DNA of 64,000 nt from positions 1,302,001-1,366,000 of the forward strand of contig JAUFOR010000003.1 of the NCBI GenBank assembly GCA_040285745.1. Direction: 5' to 3'. The notes under the pieces are model-generated. The model searched no databases. It saw only the letters and a program-made list of their open reading frames with translations, and was not told where the DNA came from. Positions 1-8,942 of the stretch are shown in pieces. How positions within the stretch are numbered: position 1 is the first letter of the stretch; each line of letters begins with the position of its first letter. The DNA comes from Barthelona sp. PCE. Taxonomy: Eukaryota. Both the position numbers and the translations under genes were made by a program.

Positions 1-172
1 GATTGAGTTCACTAACCTCGCTCATATTCACCTCTGACACTCTTTCCAGAATAGAAACGTCTGCAAGTACAACGTGAGACTCCGATCCAATCTCCTTACT
101 CAAATCCTCCAATTCCAGCTCTAATTCACTCAAATCATCTTCGTCTTCGTATACAAATTGCCCCAATGACAT
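1..172 (-). CDS. 5' part of a hypothetical protein running off the window start (MSLGQFVYEDEDDLSELELELEDLSKE...)
   Basis: Hand translation: ATG at 172-170 and an open frame to position 1. Acidic N-terminus, with a CCCTTTT element 14 nt upstream as seen before other genes. Confidence 0.55.
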   Translation of the reverse strand, partial: MSLGQFVYEDEDDLSELELELEDLSKEIGSESHVVLADVSILERVSEVNMSEVSELN

Positions 173-275
173 TTTCCGATGTTTTAAAAGGGATGGAAAT
201 AAAATGACGAGTTGTTTACAAAATGATCCATGTTTATGCATTTTTCTTCCCTTTCCAACCACTAAACAACAAGAA

Positions 276-1196
276 ATGATTCCAGGTGCCAAAGAATTCC
301 CAAGACTCCTACAACAAGCCCTCGAAACCCATCGCGAGGCCGTAAATTTTGAGGCAGGACCTTGGATTGAACAAATACTGGATAAAACCGAGGCATACTT
401 TCGCAACGCCGGACTCAAGGCTGCAGCCATCAATGTTTCTGGTGGAATTGACTCTGCAGTCACCCTTGCTTTACTTCATCGACTTATGAATCGGGATAAT
501 TCACCTCTTGAAAAAATCGTTCCAATTTGTCAACCCATTCACTCAACTGAGAAGATCATCAACCGTGCCGATCTCCTCTGCGATTACTTGAAGCTTGAAC
601 TCTTCAACGTTGATCAAACAGCCGTATTTGATATGTTAGCTCCACTTGTATCTGAAGCACTTCATGTTGAACGTACACAATTTGCTGATGGTCAGCTCAA
701 ATCGTGCATGCGGACCCCTGTTGCATACTATGCAGCACATCTTATGAACGCTAGTGGTTACCCATGTCTAGTAGTTGGTACCGGAAATTATGATGAAGAC
801 GGTTATCTTCGTTATTTCACAAAGGCTGGTGATGGAACAGTTGATATCCAACTCATCAGTGAACTCCATAAGAGTCAGGTTTACTCAGTTGCACGTTCAC
901 TTGATCTTCCTGATTTTGTATGTGATGCAATTCCTTCTGCTGATCTTTGGGAAGGACAAACTGATGAGGATGAACTGGGATGCCCTTATGAGTTTATTGA
1001 GTTCCTTACAGGCGCTTACCTCCAATGGGATGAAGATAAACAAAAAGATTTTATTGCAACTCTTGAAAACGAAGATCCTGTTTCTCATAAATGTTTCAAT
1101 GAATGGTATGATCTTGCTTCTTCTGTACATCGCAGAAGCGCTCACAAGGCATTTTGGCCTGTTAATATTGTTATCAAGGAACCTCCTAAGTTCTAA
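276..1196 (+). CDS. nadE: NH3-dependent NAD+ synthetase (single domain, no glutaminase domain)
   Basis: SGGIDS PP-loop, GTGN, YFTKAGDG, PSADLWEGQTDEDELG and HK motifs. Start placed at ATG 276, downstream of the CCCTTT element, rather than at 204. Confidence 0.92.
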   Translation: MIPGAKEFPRLLQQALETHREAVNFEAGPWIEQILDKTEAYFRNAGLKAAAINVSGGIDSAVTLALLHRLMNRDNSPLEKIVPICQPIHSTEKIINRADLLCDYLKLELFNVDQTAVFDMLAPLVSEALHVERTQFADGQLKSCMRTPVAYYAAHLMNASGYPCLVVGTGNYDEDGYLRYFTKAGDGTVDIQLISELHKSQVYSVARSLDLPDFVCDAIPSADLWEGQTDEDELGCPYEFIEFLTGAYLQWDEDKQKDFIATLENEDPVSHKCFNEWYDLASSVHRRSAHKAFWPVNIVIKEPPKF

Positions 1197-1349
1197 TTTT
1201 GTAAAAATTATTGTGGATTGTCAAGAATACTTGCACTTATTTTTGCTTACAAACCTGAAGATTATGGGTCAGAACCAATTAAATACATACTCATTATATA
1301 GTAAACCTATGGTATTTCGATTCTCACCTTTTCTTTAATATAAATTCAT

Positions 1350-3218
1350 ATGCATACTATCGAAGACATTGGAAGACGTCTAAAGTACATAGTCAAGGAC
1401 TTGACAAAAAGGAATGCTAATCATCCTGCCGTTGATCATCTTGAAAAAGCGTTAAGCTTCTTCCAAACTTTTGAGGAGACAAGTTCTCAAGAAAAGAAGG
1501 TTGAAAGCAAGAAAGAAGTAAGTAGCGAAACAGAAGCTTCATTTTCAGAAACTTCTGAATCAGAAGCAGAAGGTTTCCGTCGTTCTGAATCACCTGCACA
1601 CTCCCCTATTGGCATAGAGTTCGAGGAGGATAAGGAGTCGTCGGGATCAAGCGCCGAAGAGGGTAACGAGATTGATTTGGATAAAACCAGTGATGAAGAG
1701 TTCTATAAAAACTTAAAGAACTCCACTGATGGGAGCAGCGGCTCATCCTCCTCCTCCTCTGGTGAATCCACAGGAAATGAAACCGATAGCGATAGTGAAG
1801 TTGCAATGGCAATCAAGGAATCTGAAGTTGAATCTTCTAGTGAGGAGTCTGAAGTTGGCACAACTAGTTTATTAAAGAATAACGAAGAATCAAGTGAAGA
1901 ATCTGAGATCGAATCCGATAATAAGAAACAATCTTCTGCTGTTGTTAAAAAGACAGGAAGTGAAGGTGAATCTAGCTCAGAAGAAGGCGAGTCTAGTTCT
2001 GAGGAAGGTGAGTCCAGTGGCGAGTCTAGCTCAGAAGAAAAGACTGAGTCCAAGGCTGAATCCAAGTCCAGTGGCGAATCCAGCTCTGAGGAAGAAGGTG
2101 AGTCTAGCTCAGAAGAAGAAACTGAACCCAAGGCTGAATCCAAGTCCAGTGGCGAATCCAGCTCTGAGGAAGAAGGTGAGTCTAGCTCAGAAGAAGAAAC
2201 TGAACCCAAGGCTGAATCCAAGTCTAGTGGCGAATCCAGCTCTGAAGAAGAAGGTGAGTCCAGTGGAGAGTCTAGCTCAGAAGAAAAGACTGAGTCCAAG
2301 GCTGAATCCAAGTCCAGTGGTGAGTCTAGCTCTGAGGAAGAAGGCGAGTCCAGTGGAGAGTCTAGCTCAGAAGAAGAAACTGAATCCAAGGCTGAATCCA
2401 AGTCTAGTGGCGAATCCAGCTCTGAAGAAGAAGGTGAGTCCAGTGGAGAGTCTAGCTCAGAAGAAAAGACTGAGTCCAAGGCTGAATCCAAGTCCAGTGG
2501 TGAGTCTAGCTCTGAGGAAGAAGGCGAGTCCAGTGGAGAGTCTAGCTCAGAAGAAGAAACTGAATCCAAGGCTGAATCCAAGTCTAGTGGCGAATCTAGC
2601 TCTGAGGAAGAAGGCGAGTCCAGTGGAGAGTCTAGCTCAGAAGAAGAAACTGAATCCAAGGCTGAATCCAAGTCTAGTGGCGAATCTAGCTCTGAGGAAG
2701 AAGGCGAGTCCAGTGGAGAGTCTAGCTCAGAAGAAGAAACTGAATCCAAGGCTGAATCCAAGTCTAGTGGCGAATCCAGCTCTGAAGAAGAAGGTGAGTC
2801 TAGCAGTGAGTCTAGTTCTGAGGAAGAAACCAAAACTAAGACTCCAGTCACTCCGAGAATGACTGCCCCAAACATTTCATCGAGTGAAGGTGAGGATGAA
2901 AATGTAACTCCACGTTTCAGAGCGCAACAACATGCTGCGCCTCATACAGATTACAACCATAAAAAGCGCACGTACTCCAGTAGCCCATACAAGGAGTCAA
3001 GAAGTGCCAGAGTGTCAAGACCCCGCAAGAGATTTGATGTAGATCGTTATTCTGAGGCCTCTCACCACATTAGGACAAAGGAAGTCGGGAATAACAGACA
3101 CATTGACCGAGAATTTGCTCCTACACATGGTCGTTCATTTAAGTCGAAGAAAACTAAGAAGAAGAGAAATAGTGGTGGCTATTCAATTGCAAAAAGCGTT
3201 CAAGCACATCGTTTCTAA
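1350..3218 (+). CDS. NOLC1: Nopp140/Srp40-like nucleolar phosphoprotein
   Basis: Alternating Ser/Glu (CK2-type SSSEEE) and Lys-containing repeats. The C-terminus HGRSFKSKKTKKKRNSGGYSIAKSVQAHRF matches the SRP40 C-terminal pattern (KGKSFRHEKTKKKRGSY-GGSI---V-SIKF). Confidence 0.75.
   Translation: MHTIEDIGRRLKYIVKDLTKRNANHPAVDHLEKALSFFQTFEETSSQEKKVESKKEVSSETEASFSETSESEAEGFRRSESPAHSPIGIEFEEDKESSGSSAEEGNEIDLDKTSDEEFYKNLKNSTDGSSGSSSSSSGESTGNETDSDSEVAMAIKESEVESSSEESEVGTTSLLKNNEESSEESEIESDNKKQSSAVVKKTGSEGESSSEEGESSSEEGESSGESSSEEKTESKAESKSSGESSSEEEGESSSEEETEPKAESKSSGESSSEEEGESSSEEETEPKAESKSSGESSSEEEGESSGESSSEEKTESKAESKSSGESSSEEEGESSGESSSEEETESKAESKSSGESSSEEEGESSGESSSEEKTESKAESKSSGESSSEEEGESSGESSSEEETESKAESKSSGESSSEEEGESSGESSSEEETESKAESKSSGESSSEEEGESSGESSSEEETESKAESKSSGESSSEEEGESSSESSSEEETKTKTPVTPRMTAPNISSSEGEDENVTPRFRAQQHAAPHTDYNHKKRTYSSSPYKESRSARVSRPRKRFDVDRYSEASHHIRTKEVGNNRHIDREFAPTHGRSFKSKKTKKKRNSGGYSIAKSVQAHRF
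2043..2830 (+). repeat. Coding tandem repeat: 9 units (2 x 78 bp then 7 x 90 bp)
   Basis: The AAGGCTGAATCCAAG anchor occurs at 2052, 2130, 2208, 2298, 2388, 2478, 2568, 2658 and 2748. Positions 2221-2400 are identical to 2401-2580. Confidence 0.97.
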
Positions 3219-3279
3219 ATAAATTAAACATTTTACTTGATTTTTTTTTTTTGACACAGTGATTATTATGGTATTATTA

Positions 3280-4167
3280 CTATTCTTGTTCTTTCACAAA
3301 TTTATGATCACATATGAACAGACTTCCGTCAGAAAACCCGATAATGAATATATCAGACATGACTGCACACGAGACAATGCGTTTTTCATCGTTGGCATGA
3401 AGAAATTTCATATCAATATTAAACAATTCGTCAACAGTACATAAAACAGTGTCACTAACAAGTAAAATAACGTCTTCGATGGAAGAAATTCCCGTAGTAC
3501 CAACTGTAGGGGAAAAAATACGACGATGAGATAAGATATTATCCTCATTACTAATGGTAAATAAGAAATCCGAAAATTCAGCCTTCAACACAAGTTGAAA
3601 CACTCCATCGTTTTCACAAAACACTGTTCCGGTAACAGGATTACTCATTTCACAGCTTACTTCAATAGATTCAAGAACGTTAGAAAACACTTGCAGTTGG
3701 TGTCTGCTCGTCACAATAAGCTTATCGTCCAGTTTATGCACATCCACGACATCGTTGATGACCGGAAACGACCTGGAAAATAACATATCTCCATTAGAAT
3801 CAAATAAAATAACACAATCGCCAAGTACTATCACAAGCTCACCTTTTCCCCATGCACACGTCCTGATTTCCTGAGCAAACTGCTTGTGCAATGCGATACT
3901 TTGATTATTGAAATCGTACATCCACACATCTCGGTGACCCTGAACTAACATCAACGATTCTGCACTTAGACACTGAATTCTTTGTACATCATCAAATTCA
4001 AGCCTCTCGCATGCGTTGCTTAATAAATTTACGATGAAAAGTCCTTTTGCTGCAAGTACTGCTAAAACATTTTGAGCAATAACCTGTAATTGCAATATAC
4101 CCTCAAAATTCAAGGGAAATTCCTTAAATTCTCCCAACTTGGTGCAATCTGAATCCTGAAATAGCAT
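3280..4167 (-). CDS. Hypothetical protein, probable beta-propeller (WD40-like)
   Basis: 295 aa ORF of short hydrophobic strands and turns, ending IIGFSDGSLFICD. Confidence 0.6.
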   Translation of the reverse strand: MLFQDSDCTKLGEFKEFPLNFEGILQLQVIAQNVLAVLAAKGLFIVNLLSNACERLEFDDVQRIQCLSAESLMLVQGHRDVWMYDFNNQSIALHKQFAQEIRTCAWGKGELVIVLGDCVILFDSNGDMLFSRSFPVINDVVDVHKLDDKLIVTSRHQLQVFSNVLESIEVSCEMSNPVTGTVFCENDGVFQLVLKAEFSDFLFTISNEDNILSHRRIFSPTVGTTGISSIEDVILLVSDTVLCTVDELFNIDMKFLHANDEKRIVSCAVMSDIFIIGFSDGSLFICDHKFVKEQE

Positions 4168-4185
4168 TCAAAAAGATATATACAT

Positions 4186-5529
4186 TTACTCCATTTCAAG
4201 TGGTTGTGGAATGATATCTATGATCGACCGCCTTCTCTTTAACGTTGCAGAGCGTTGGCTCTCAAAGAATTGCTCTATTTCACTTTCACTAACACACTTA
4301 GAATCATCAAAACTTAAAAACCGCAGCTTTGATTTCGTAACCGCCGGGAATATCGCACTGGATACCCCTGAGCACTGGCAAAGGCTTAAAGACTTCAGAT
4401 TGGGATTTTTCAACAATTCCTCAATGAAAGTATCTTCAATTTGGCTTAAACCAAACAGTTCAACCTCTTTCAGATTCATGCATCCGCGTGCAAACGTCAA
4501 AAATGCATCATTTGTAAAGAGAGCGTTTGGACCAAGCGTCAAAATTGTCATGCCAGAACAATGCTCTACCAAATTAGAGAGTGTTCGATCAGTTAGAGAA
4601 GTGCAGTTTTTAACCGACAAACGTTCTATATCGCATTTTCTCAGTAATTTCTCTAAATGATCATCGCTTAACAGTTCCTGACCACTTAAATCTACACTAT
4701 GTAAGGGTAGAGTCTGTAAAACATCCACAATACTGGGTGTGACACCTGTGTATCCTAAGCCTATCCTGTGAATAGTTCTACAATTTTTGACAATCATTGA
4801 GACGGTGTTATCATCCACAGCCAATGAATTCAGATTCAATTTCTCGATCATTTCACAGTTTGCAATTATACTCTTGATACCAACCTCAGTCAATGATGTT
4901 CTCGCCACTGATAATATCTCTACATCAGGGTTCCCTTCACAAAAAGCTGCTAAACCAACATCAGTAATCTTTGTGCAACCGTCTATTACCAATTTATGGA
5001 GAGAATCGCTCCTGTACTGGACGAGCATTGTCAATGATAGATCGGTGAGGTAATCACAGTTTGTGACATTTAGTCCTGTCAGATTCGTAGCACCCTCTGC
5101 AATGACTCCTATTACACCATCTGTGATGTTAATACCGTCTGTCAACGTGATGTGCTGGATGTTCGGGCAGTTTTGAACTAAATAACGAATCCCAACAAAG
5201 GTAGCAGTAGTTCTGGATAAATCCACAAATTCAAGATTTGGGCAGATGCTTGCCAACCTAATAACGTCTTCGTCGTTCATGAAATCGTCTAAAGGGCTTG
5301 TAAAGTACTTTAAATTAGGATAATAATTGACAGCATACAAAAGACTGTTCGTTTCAAGCCGAAAAGGATTCAGCTTTTCCAAAGAATACATGTGTTCCTC
5401 AACAGCAACTGCAACCTTCTTAGATACGCAGCGAAGCTTAAAGAGAGATGAGATAGATAGTTTTGGTGCTAGAAGTTGTATTAGCGACTTCAACTGGTAA
5501 TTGCACTTAATTTCCTTCGCTTTGGACAT
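4186..5529 (-). CDS. F-box/leucine-rich repeat protein (FBXL type)
   Basis: N-terminal F-box-like LSISSLFKLRCVSK and many ~26 aa cysteine-containing LRRs (CPNLEFVDLS, LNVTNCDYLTD, IDGCTKITD). Confidence 0.85.
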   Translation of the reverse strand: MSKAKEIKCNYQLKSLIQLLAPKLSISSLFKLRCVSKKVAVAVEEHMYSLEKLNPFRLETNSLLYAVNYYPNLKYFTSPLDDFMNDEDVIRLASICPNLEFVDLSRTTATFVGIRYLVQNCPNIQHITLTDGINITDGVIGVIAEGATNLTGLNVTNCDYLTDLSLTMLVQYRSDSLHKLVIDGCTKITDVGLAAFCEGNPDVEILSVARTSLTEVGIKSIIANCEMIEKLNLNSLAVDDNTVSMIVKNCRTIHRIGLGYTGVTPSIVDVLQTLPLHSVDLSGQELLSDDHLEKLLRKCDIERLSVKNCTSLTDRTLSNLVEHCSGMTILTLGPNALFTNDAFLTFARGCMNLKEVELFGLSQIEDTFIEELLKNPNLKSLSLCQCSGVSSAIFPAVTKSKLRFLSFDDSKCVSESEIEQFFESQRSATLKRRRSIIDIIPQPLEME

Positions 5530-5674
5530 GATGTACTGCTTTAAATAGCAAAAAAGACTGAGATGGATTGTAATGCAAAAAACAGGTTACCAATCTTGAA
5601 TCACCATATCTCCTTATTATAAAGAAACTCCACCAGTAATTAAGACCCACAAAACACAAATATTTACATGCAAT

Positions 5675-6673
5675 CTAATCAACAACTTGCAAACAATCCA
5701 AAAAACACATTGTTCCTTCACCCATCACAAAGACCCGCCTCATTCGATCTCTCAGCACATCTGTCTCCACATACGGAGTGATGTGCTTTGTTTGAATGGG
5801 TATTGTCCTCAAACAATTCATAAGATGAGATCCGTGAAGACTCCTCATTGCAAAAGTTCTTTTCTTCTCAATACTGAGGAGTTCGTTGGGTCTGTTAAGT
5901 ACTGTTGCGATTTGCATCAGAATAACATTAACTTCAGAGGTTTTCGGTAGCATGTGAAGGAATGCAATGAATCTGTCCACAAGTGATGAATCCACGTTCA
6001 GCAGGAACTTCCATTCTGCCTCTGTCATAACTGATGCTATGTATTGCCAAAAACGATTCATCTCATAAGTCATACATTGCGCTTCATATGATTCAATCAT
6101 CTTTTTCAAACTCCAAACTAGGACTGGGGGACTCCTGAAGACTAGTATACACATCAGCAGTACTTTAAAAGGTATACCTAAAGCGTATTTAAGAAATTTA
6201 GCTACTATCTTTGCAATAAATCTCTTGATTTTTTCTCCATGTTTCTCAACACCTCTGATACCTAAGTAATTCAAGCAGAGTGAATGAAGAGCAACCATCG
6301 TGGATTCAGCGTCTGAATCTGCTTTAGCGAAAAAATGCTTTGCACATGCTATGGAGTGCTGCCACAATGGACTATCTGGTACTATAGCGCAGTTGGAAAC
6401 ACATGAACACAACGACAGAAAGGCCTCCGCTGGCAAATCTGTCAATGATTCATTGAACTCAGGAGGAAGTGTGATGATTTCTTCCTCTAAAACTGTGGAA
6501 ATAGATGATAATACAGTTAACAGTACGTTTCTGTGTGGTATTCTCCCAACTGCCTCCAAAAACTCAACGTAATTTGGTGATTCCCCAATTAGAAGCGGTA
6601 AAAGATGCAATGAACTATGCCTCGAAAGAACAGCTACTATTTTCGCAATTGATCGGGTGTATACACTAGGCAT
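5675..6673 (-). CDS. Hypothetical helical protein
   Basis: 332 aa ORF filling the gap between flanking genes. No motif recognised. Confidence 0.65.
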   Translation of the reverse strand: MPSVYTRSIAKIVAVLSRHSSLHLLPLLIGESPNYVEFLEAVGRIPHRNVLLTVLSSISTVLEEEIITLPPEFNESLTDLPAEAFLSLCSCVSNCAIVPDSPLWQHSIACAKHFFAKADSDAESTMVALHSLCLNYLGIRGVEKHGEKIKRFIAKIVAKFLKYALGIPFKVLLMCILVFRSPPVLVWSLKKMIESYEAQCMTYEMNRFWQYIASVMTEAEWKFLLNVDSSLVDRFIAFLHMLPKTSEVNVILMQIATVLNRPNELLSIEKKRTFAMRSLHGSHLMNCLRTIPIQTKHITPYVETDVLRDRMRRVFVMGEGTMCFLDCLQVVD

Positions 6674-6746
6674 GCTTCCTTAGAAACATAAAAAAAGATG
6701 TGATCCGTGAAATGAGCTATTATCGTACATACATCCCTTTCACATC

Positions 6747-8939
6747 ATGGATATTCCCACAAAGGCATCCATGACCACAGAAGACCAAGGGCCTCCAGCA
6801 CCTGTCAACACAGAAGAAACCCCAGTTGACAGCAGACCGAAGTTCAAGAGAAAGAAGAAGAACTCAAGGTCTAAGCGTTCACGTAGCTCACGAAGCAGTA
6901 GAATCCAGCCTGAAATGCTCAGTAAGTTGGAAAACGAAGTATTCGAGAGCTACTATAAAGAACAACTGAACCTAAGCGAAGAAGAACACACAAAGCTCTT
7001 CTCCACATTCAGAACGCCCCTTTATGACAGTCTTCGCTTTGACTGTGAGGTCACCCATGAGGAATTCAAAAACAACTGGCTTCCCAAGCTTCTCGCTGAA
7101 GAGTGGCCTGAGAATACAACAAAGCCATATGTAATTGATAAGGTTGGTGAAAACGTCTATGGGTATTTGCTTCCACACTTCATTATGCGAAAGAATCCGG
7201 TTTTTAAGAGTTTCCACAGCTGGCTCGTTCTGTCATTCAATAAGGGTAGTGTTGCTCGGCAGGAGATCGTTTCCATGGTGCCCCCCTTTTTCTTGCCCGC
7301 TGAACCAGGAGACGCCGTTCTTGATATGTGTGCCGCACCTGGTTCAAAAACTATGCAGCTCATGATGAAGATCGGCCAAGAAGGCGTAGTCATGGCTAAC
7401 GAGGTTAACACTAAGAGATGCAACGTCCTTCACCATCAGATGTCACGGCTGAAGAAGAAGGCGATGCTTGTTGTCCAGCATGACGCTCGATCACTACCGC
7501 CGTTCCATGACGGTTCTGAAATAGGATTCGACCACATACTCGCAGATGTCCCCTGTAGTGGAGACGGAACGTGCAGGAAAAACCCAGATGTTTGGAATAA
7601 GTGGGAGCCAAACGGCGGACTTGCCCTTCATACTCTGCAACTTGATATTGTTCGCAAGGGTCTTAGAATGCTGCGCGTTGGCGGAACCATCGTGTACAGT
7701 ACATGCTCTATGAACCCTATGGAAAACGAAGCGGTCGTTGCGACTCTGCTCCAAGATCCCGGCTTGGAACTCGTTGATGTCAGTCATATTCTGCCATCCT
7801 TCGAGCGCAGCCCCGGTATCACTGAGTGGCGTGTGCAGATGGCGGACAAGAAGGGTAACACAATGTGGGTTGACGACTATGAGACAGTCGAGAAGGTTTT
7901 AGAGTTTTTTAGAGAGTCCGAGCGTCCTGAGCCTGGCCACGAGCACGTCCCTGTCAGCAACCTCAGCGAATTTGCAAACGATTTGGCAAATGTCGGAAAA
8001 CGTGAGTACGTATTTCAGTTTTTGCGCAAACTGCGTGATATCGTTGGTAAGCATCCCACTCTATTCCCGCCACAGAACATCAATGACATAAATATCGACC
8101 GCTGTTGCCGGTTCTACCCCCATGTGAACGACAGTGGTGCCTTCTTCGTTGCTTGTCTTCGTAAGGTTGGTCCTCTTGCAGATGAGTCAAAAAAGACCAT
8201 ACATGATATAGAAGTCTCGGCCCCGAAGTCATACGATGGGTTCCTTGACTCATTGGAGCCAATTGATGAAGAAACAAGAACCTCAATTATTCAAAGCATC
8301 GGTCTCAGCGAAGACTGTAATCTGAACCTTGTTGAACGTGTGTCAAGAGCTTGTACACGACCTGAGCGTAGACAGCACCTTAAGGATGGAACAAAGCCAA
8401 GTGCTAAACACACTGGTAACTTTTTCAGCGTAAGCGACCGTGTGTATGGCTTCCTCTCTCACAACATCGCACGTCGTTACTCAATGATTGGAGCAGGTGT
8501 CTGCGTTGCCAAGAGGTCAAAGGAGGGACCGAGAGCTGCATATGAAGGTCTGCATTTACTAAAAGATCACATCACTGAGAAAAAAATTATGGAATTAACT
8601 CATGAAGAGATGTGTGCACTTGTTTCGAACGTCAACACTGACGGAGCGACTGTGAATACTGATGAAAACTTTGCTAAATGGAGAGAGATGCTACTTGGCA
8701 ACTATATTTCAAGGTGTGTATTTAAAGAGCGTGAAATCATCGTTCCTGTACGAAAGGGACACTACAGCGTTGATATCTACGTTTCCAAATCAGATTTGCC
8801 GGATTTGACCAGTTTCCTTGAAATTCAGTCCTTCGTCGATGCTAGAGCTCAATATCGCAAGCTACAGCCTGAAATAGAGGAAGGAATGGTGCCTGTTGAG
8901 ACGCAAAATGACTCAACCGAACCAAAACAAGAAGAATAA
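6747..8939 (+). CDS. NSUN2: tRNA (cytosine-5)-methyltransferase, Trm4/NSUN2 family
   Basis: RQEIVSMVPP, VLDMCAAPGSKT, DVPCSGDGT and YSTCSMNPMENEAVV, containing both catalytic Cys. Confidence 0.93.
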   Translation: MDIPTKASMTTEDQGPPAPVNTEETPVDSRPKFKRKKKNSRSKRSRSSRSSRIQPEMLSKLENEVFESYYKEQLNLSEEEHTKLFSTFRTPLYDSLRFDCEVTHEEFKNNWLPKLLAEEWPENTTKPYVIDKVGENVYGYLLPHFIMRKNPVFKSFHSWLVLSFNKGSVARQEIVSMVPPFFLPAEPGDAVLDMCAAPGSKTMQLMMKIGQEGVVMANEVNTKRCNVLHHQMSRLKKKAMLVVQHDARSLPPFHDGSEIGFDHILADVPCSGDGTCRKNPDVWNKWEPNGGLALHTLQLDIVRKGLRMLRVGGTIVYSTCSMNPMENEAVVATLLQDPGLELVDVSHILPSFERSPGITEWRVQMADKKGNTMWVDDYETVEKVLEFFRESERPEPGHEHVPVSNLSEFANDLANVGKREYVFQFLRKLRDIVGKHPTLFPPQNINDINIDRCCRFYPHVNDSGAFFVACLRKVGPLADESKKTIHDIEVSAPKSYDGFLDSLEPIDEETRTSIIQSIGLSEDCNLNLVERVSRACTRPERRQHLKDGTKPSAKHTGNFFSVSDRVYGFLSHNIARRYSMIGAGVCVAKRSKEGPRAAYEGLHLLKDHITEKKIMELTHEEMCALVSNVNTDGATVNTDENFAKWREMLLGNYISRCVFKEREIIVPVRKGHYSVDIYVSKSDLPDLTSFLEIQSFVDARAQYRKLQPEIEEGMVPVETQNDSTEPKQEE

Positions 8940-8942
8940 AGA

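Noticed and set aside
1703..2875. Long alternative-frame and antisense ORFs (1703-2875 -, 1894-2862 +), and a CRISPR-like look to the array
   Set aside because: These are by-products of a stop-free coding tandem repeat. The units are contiguous with no unique spacers, and there are no cas genes.
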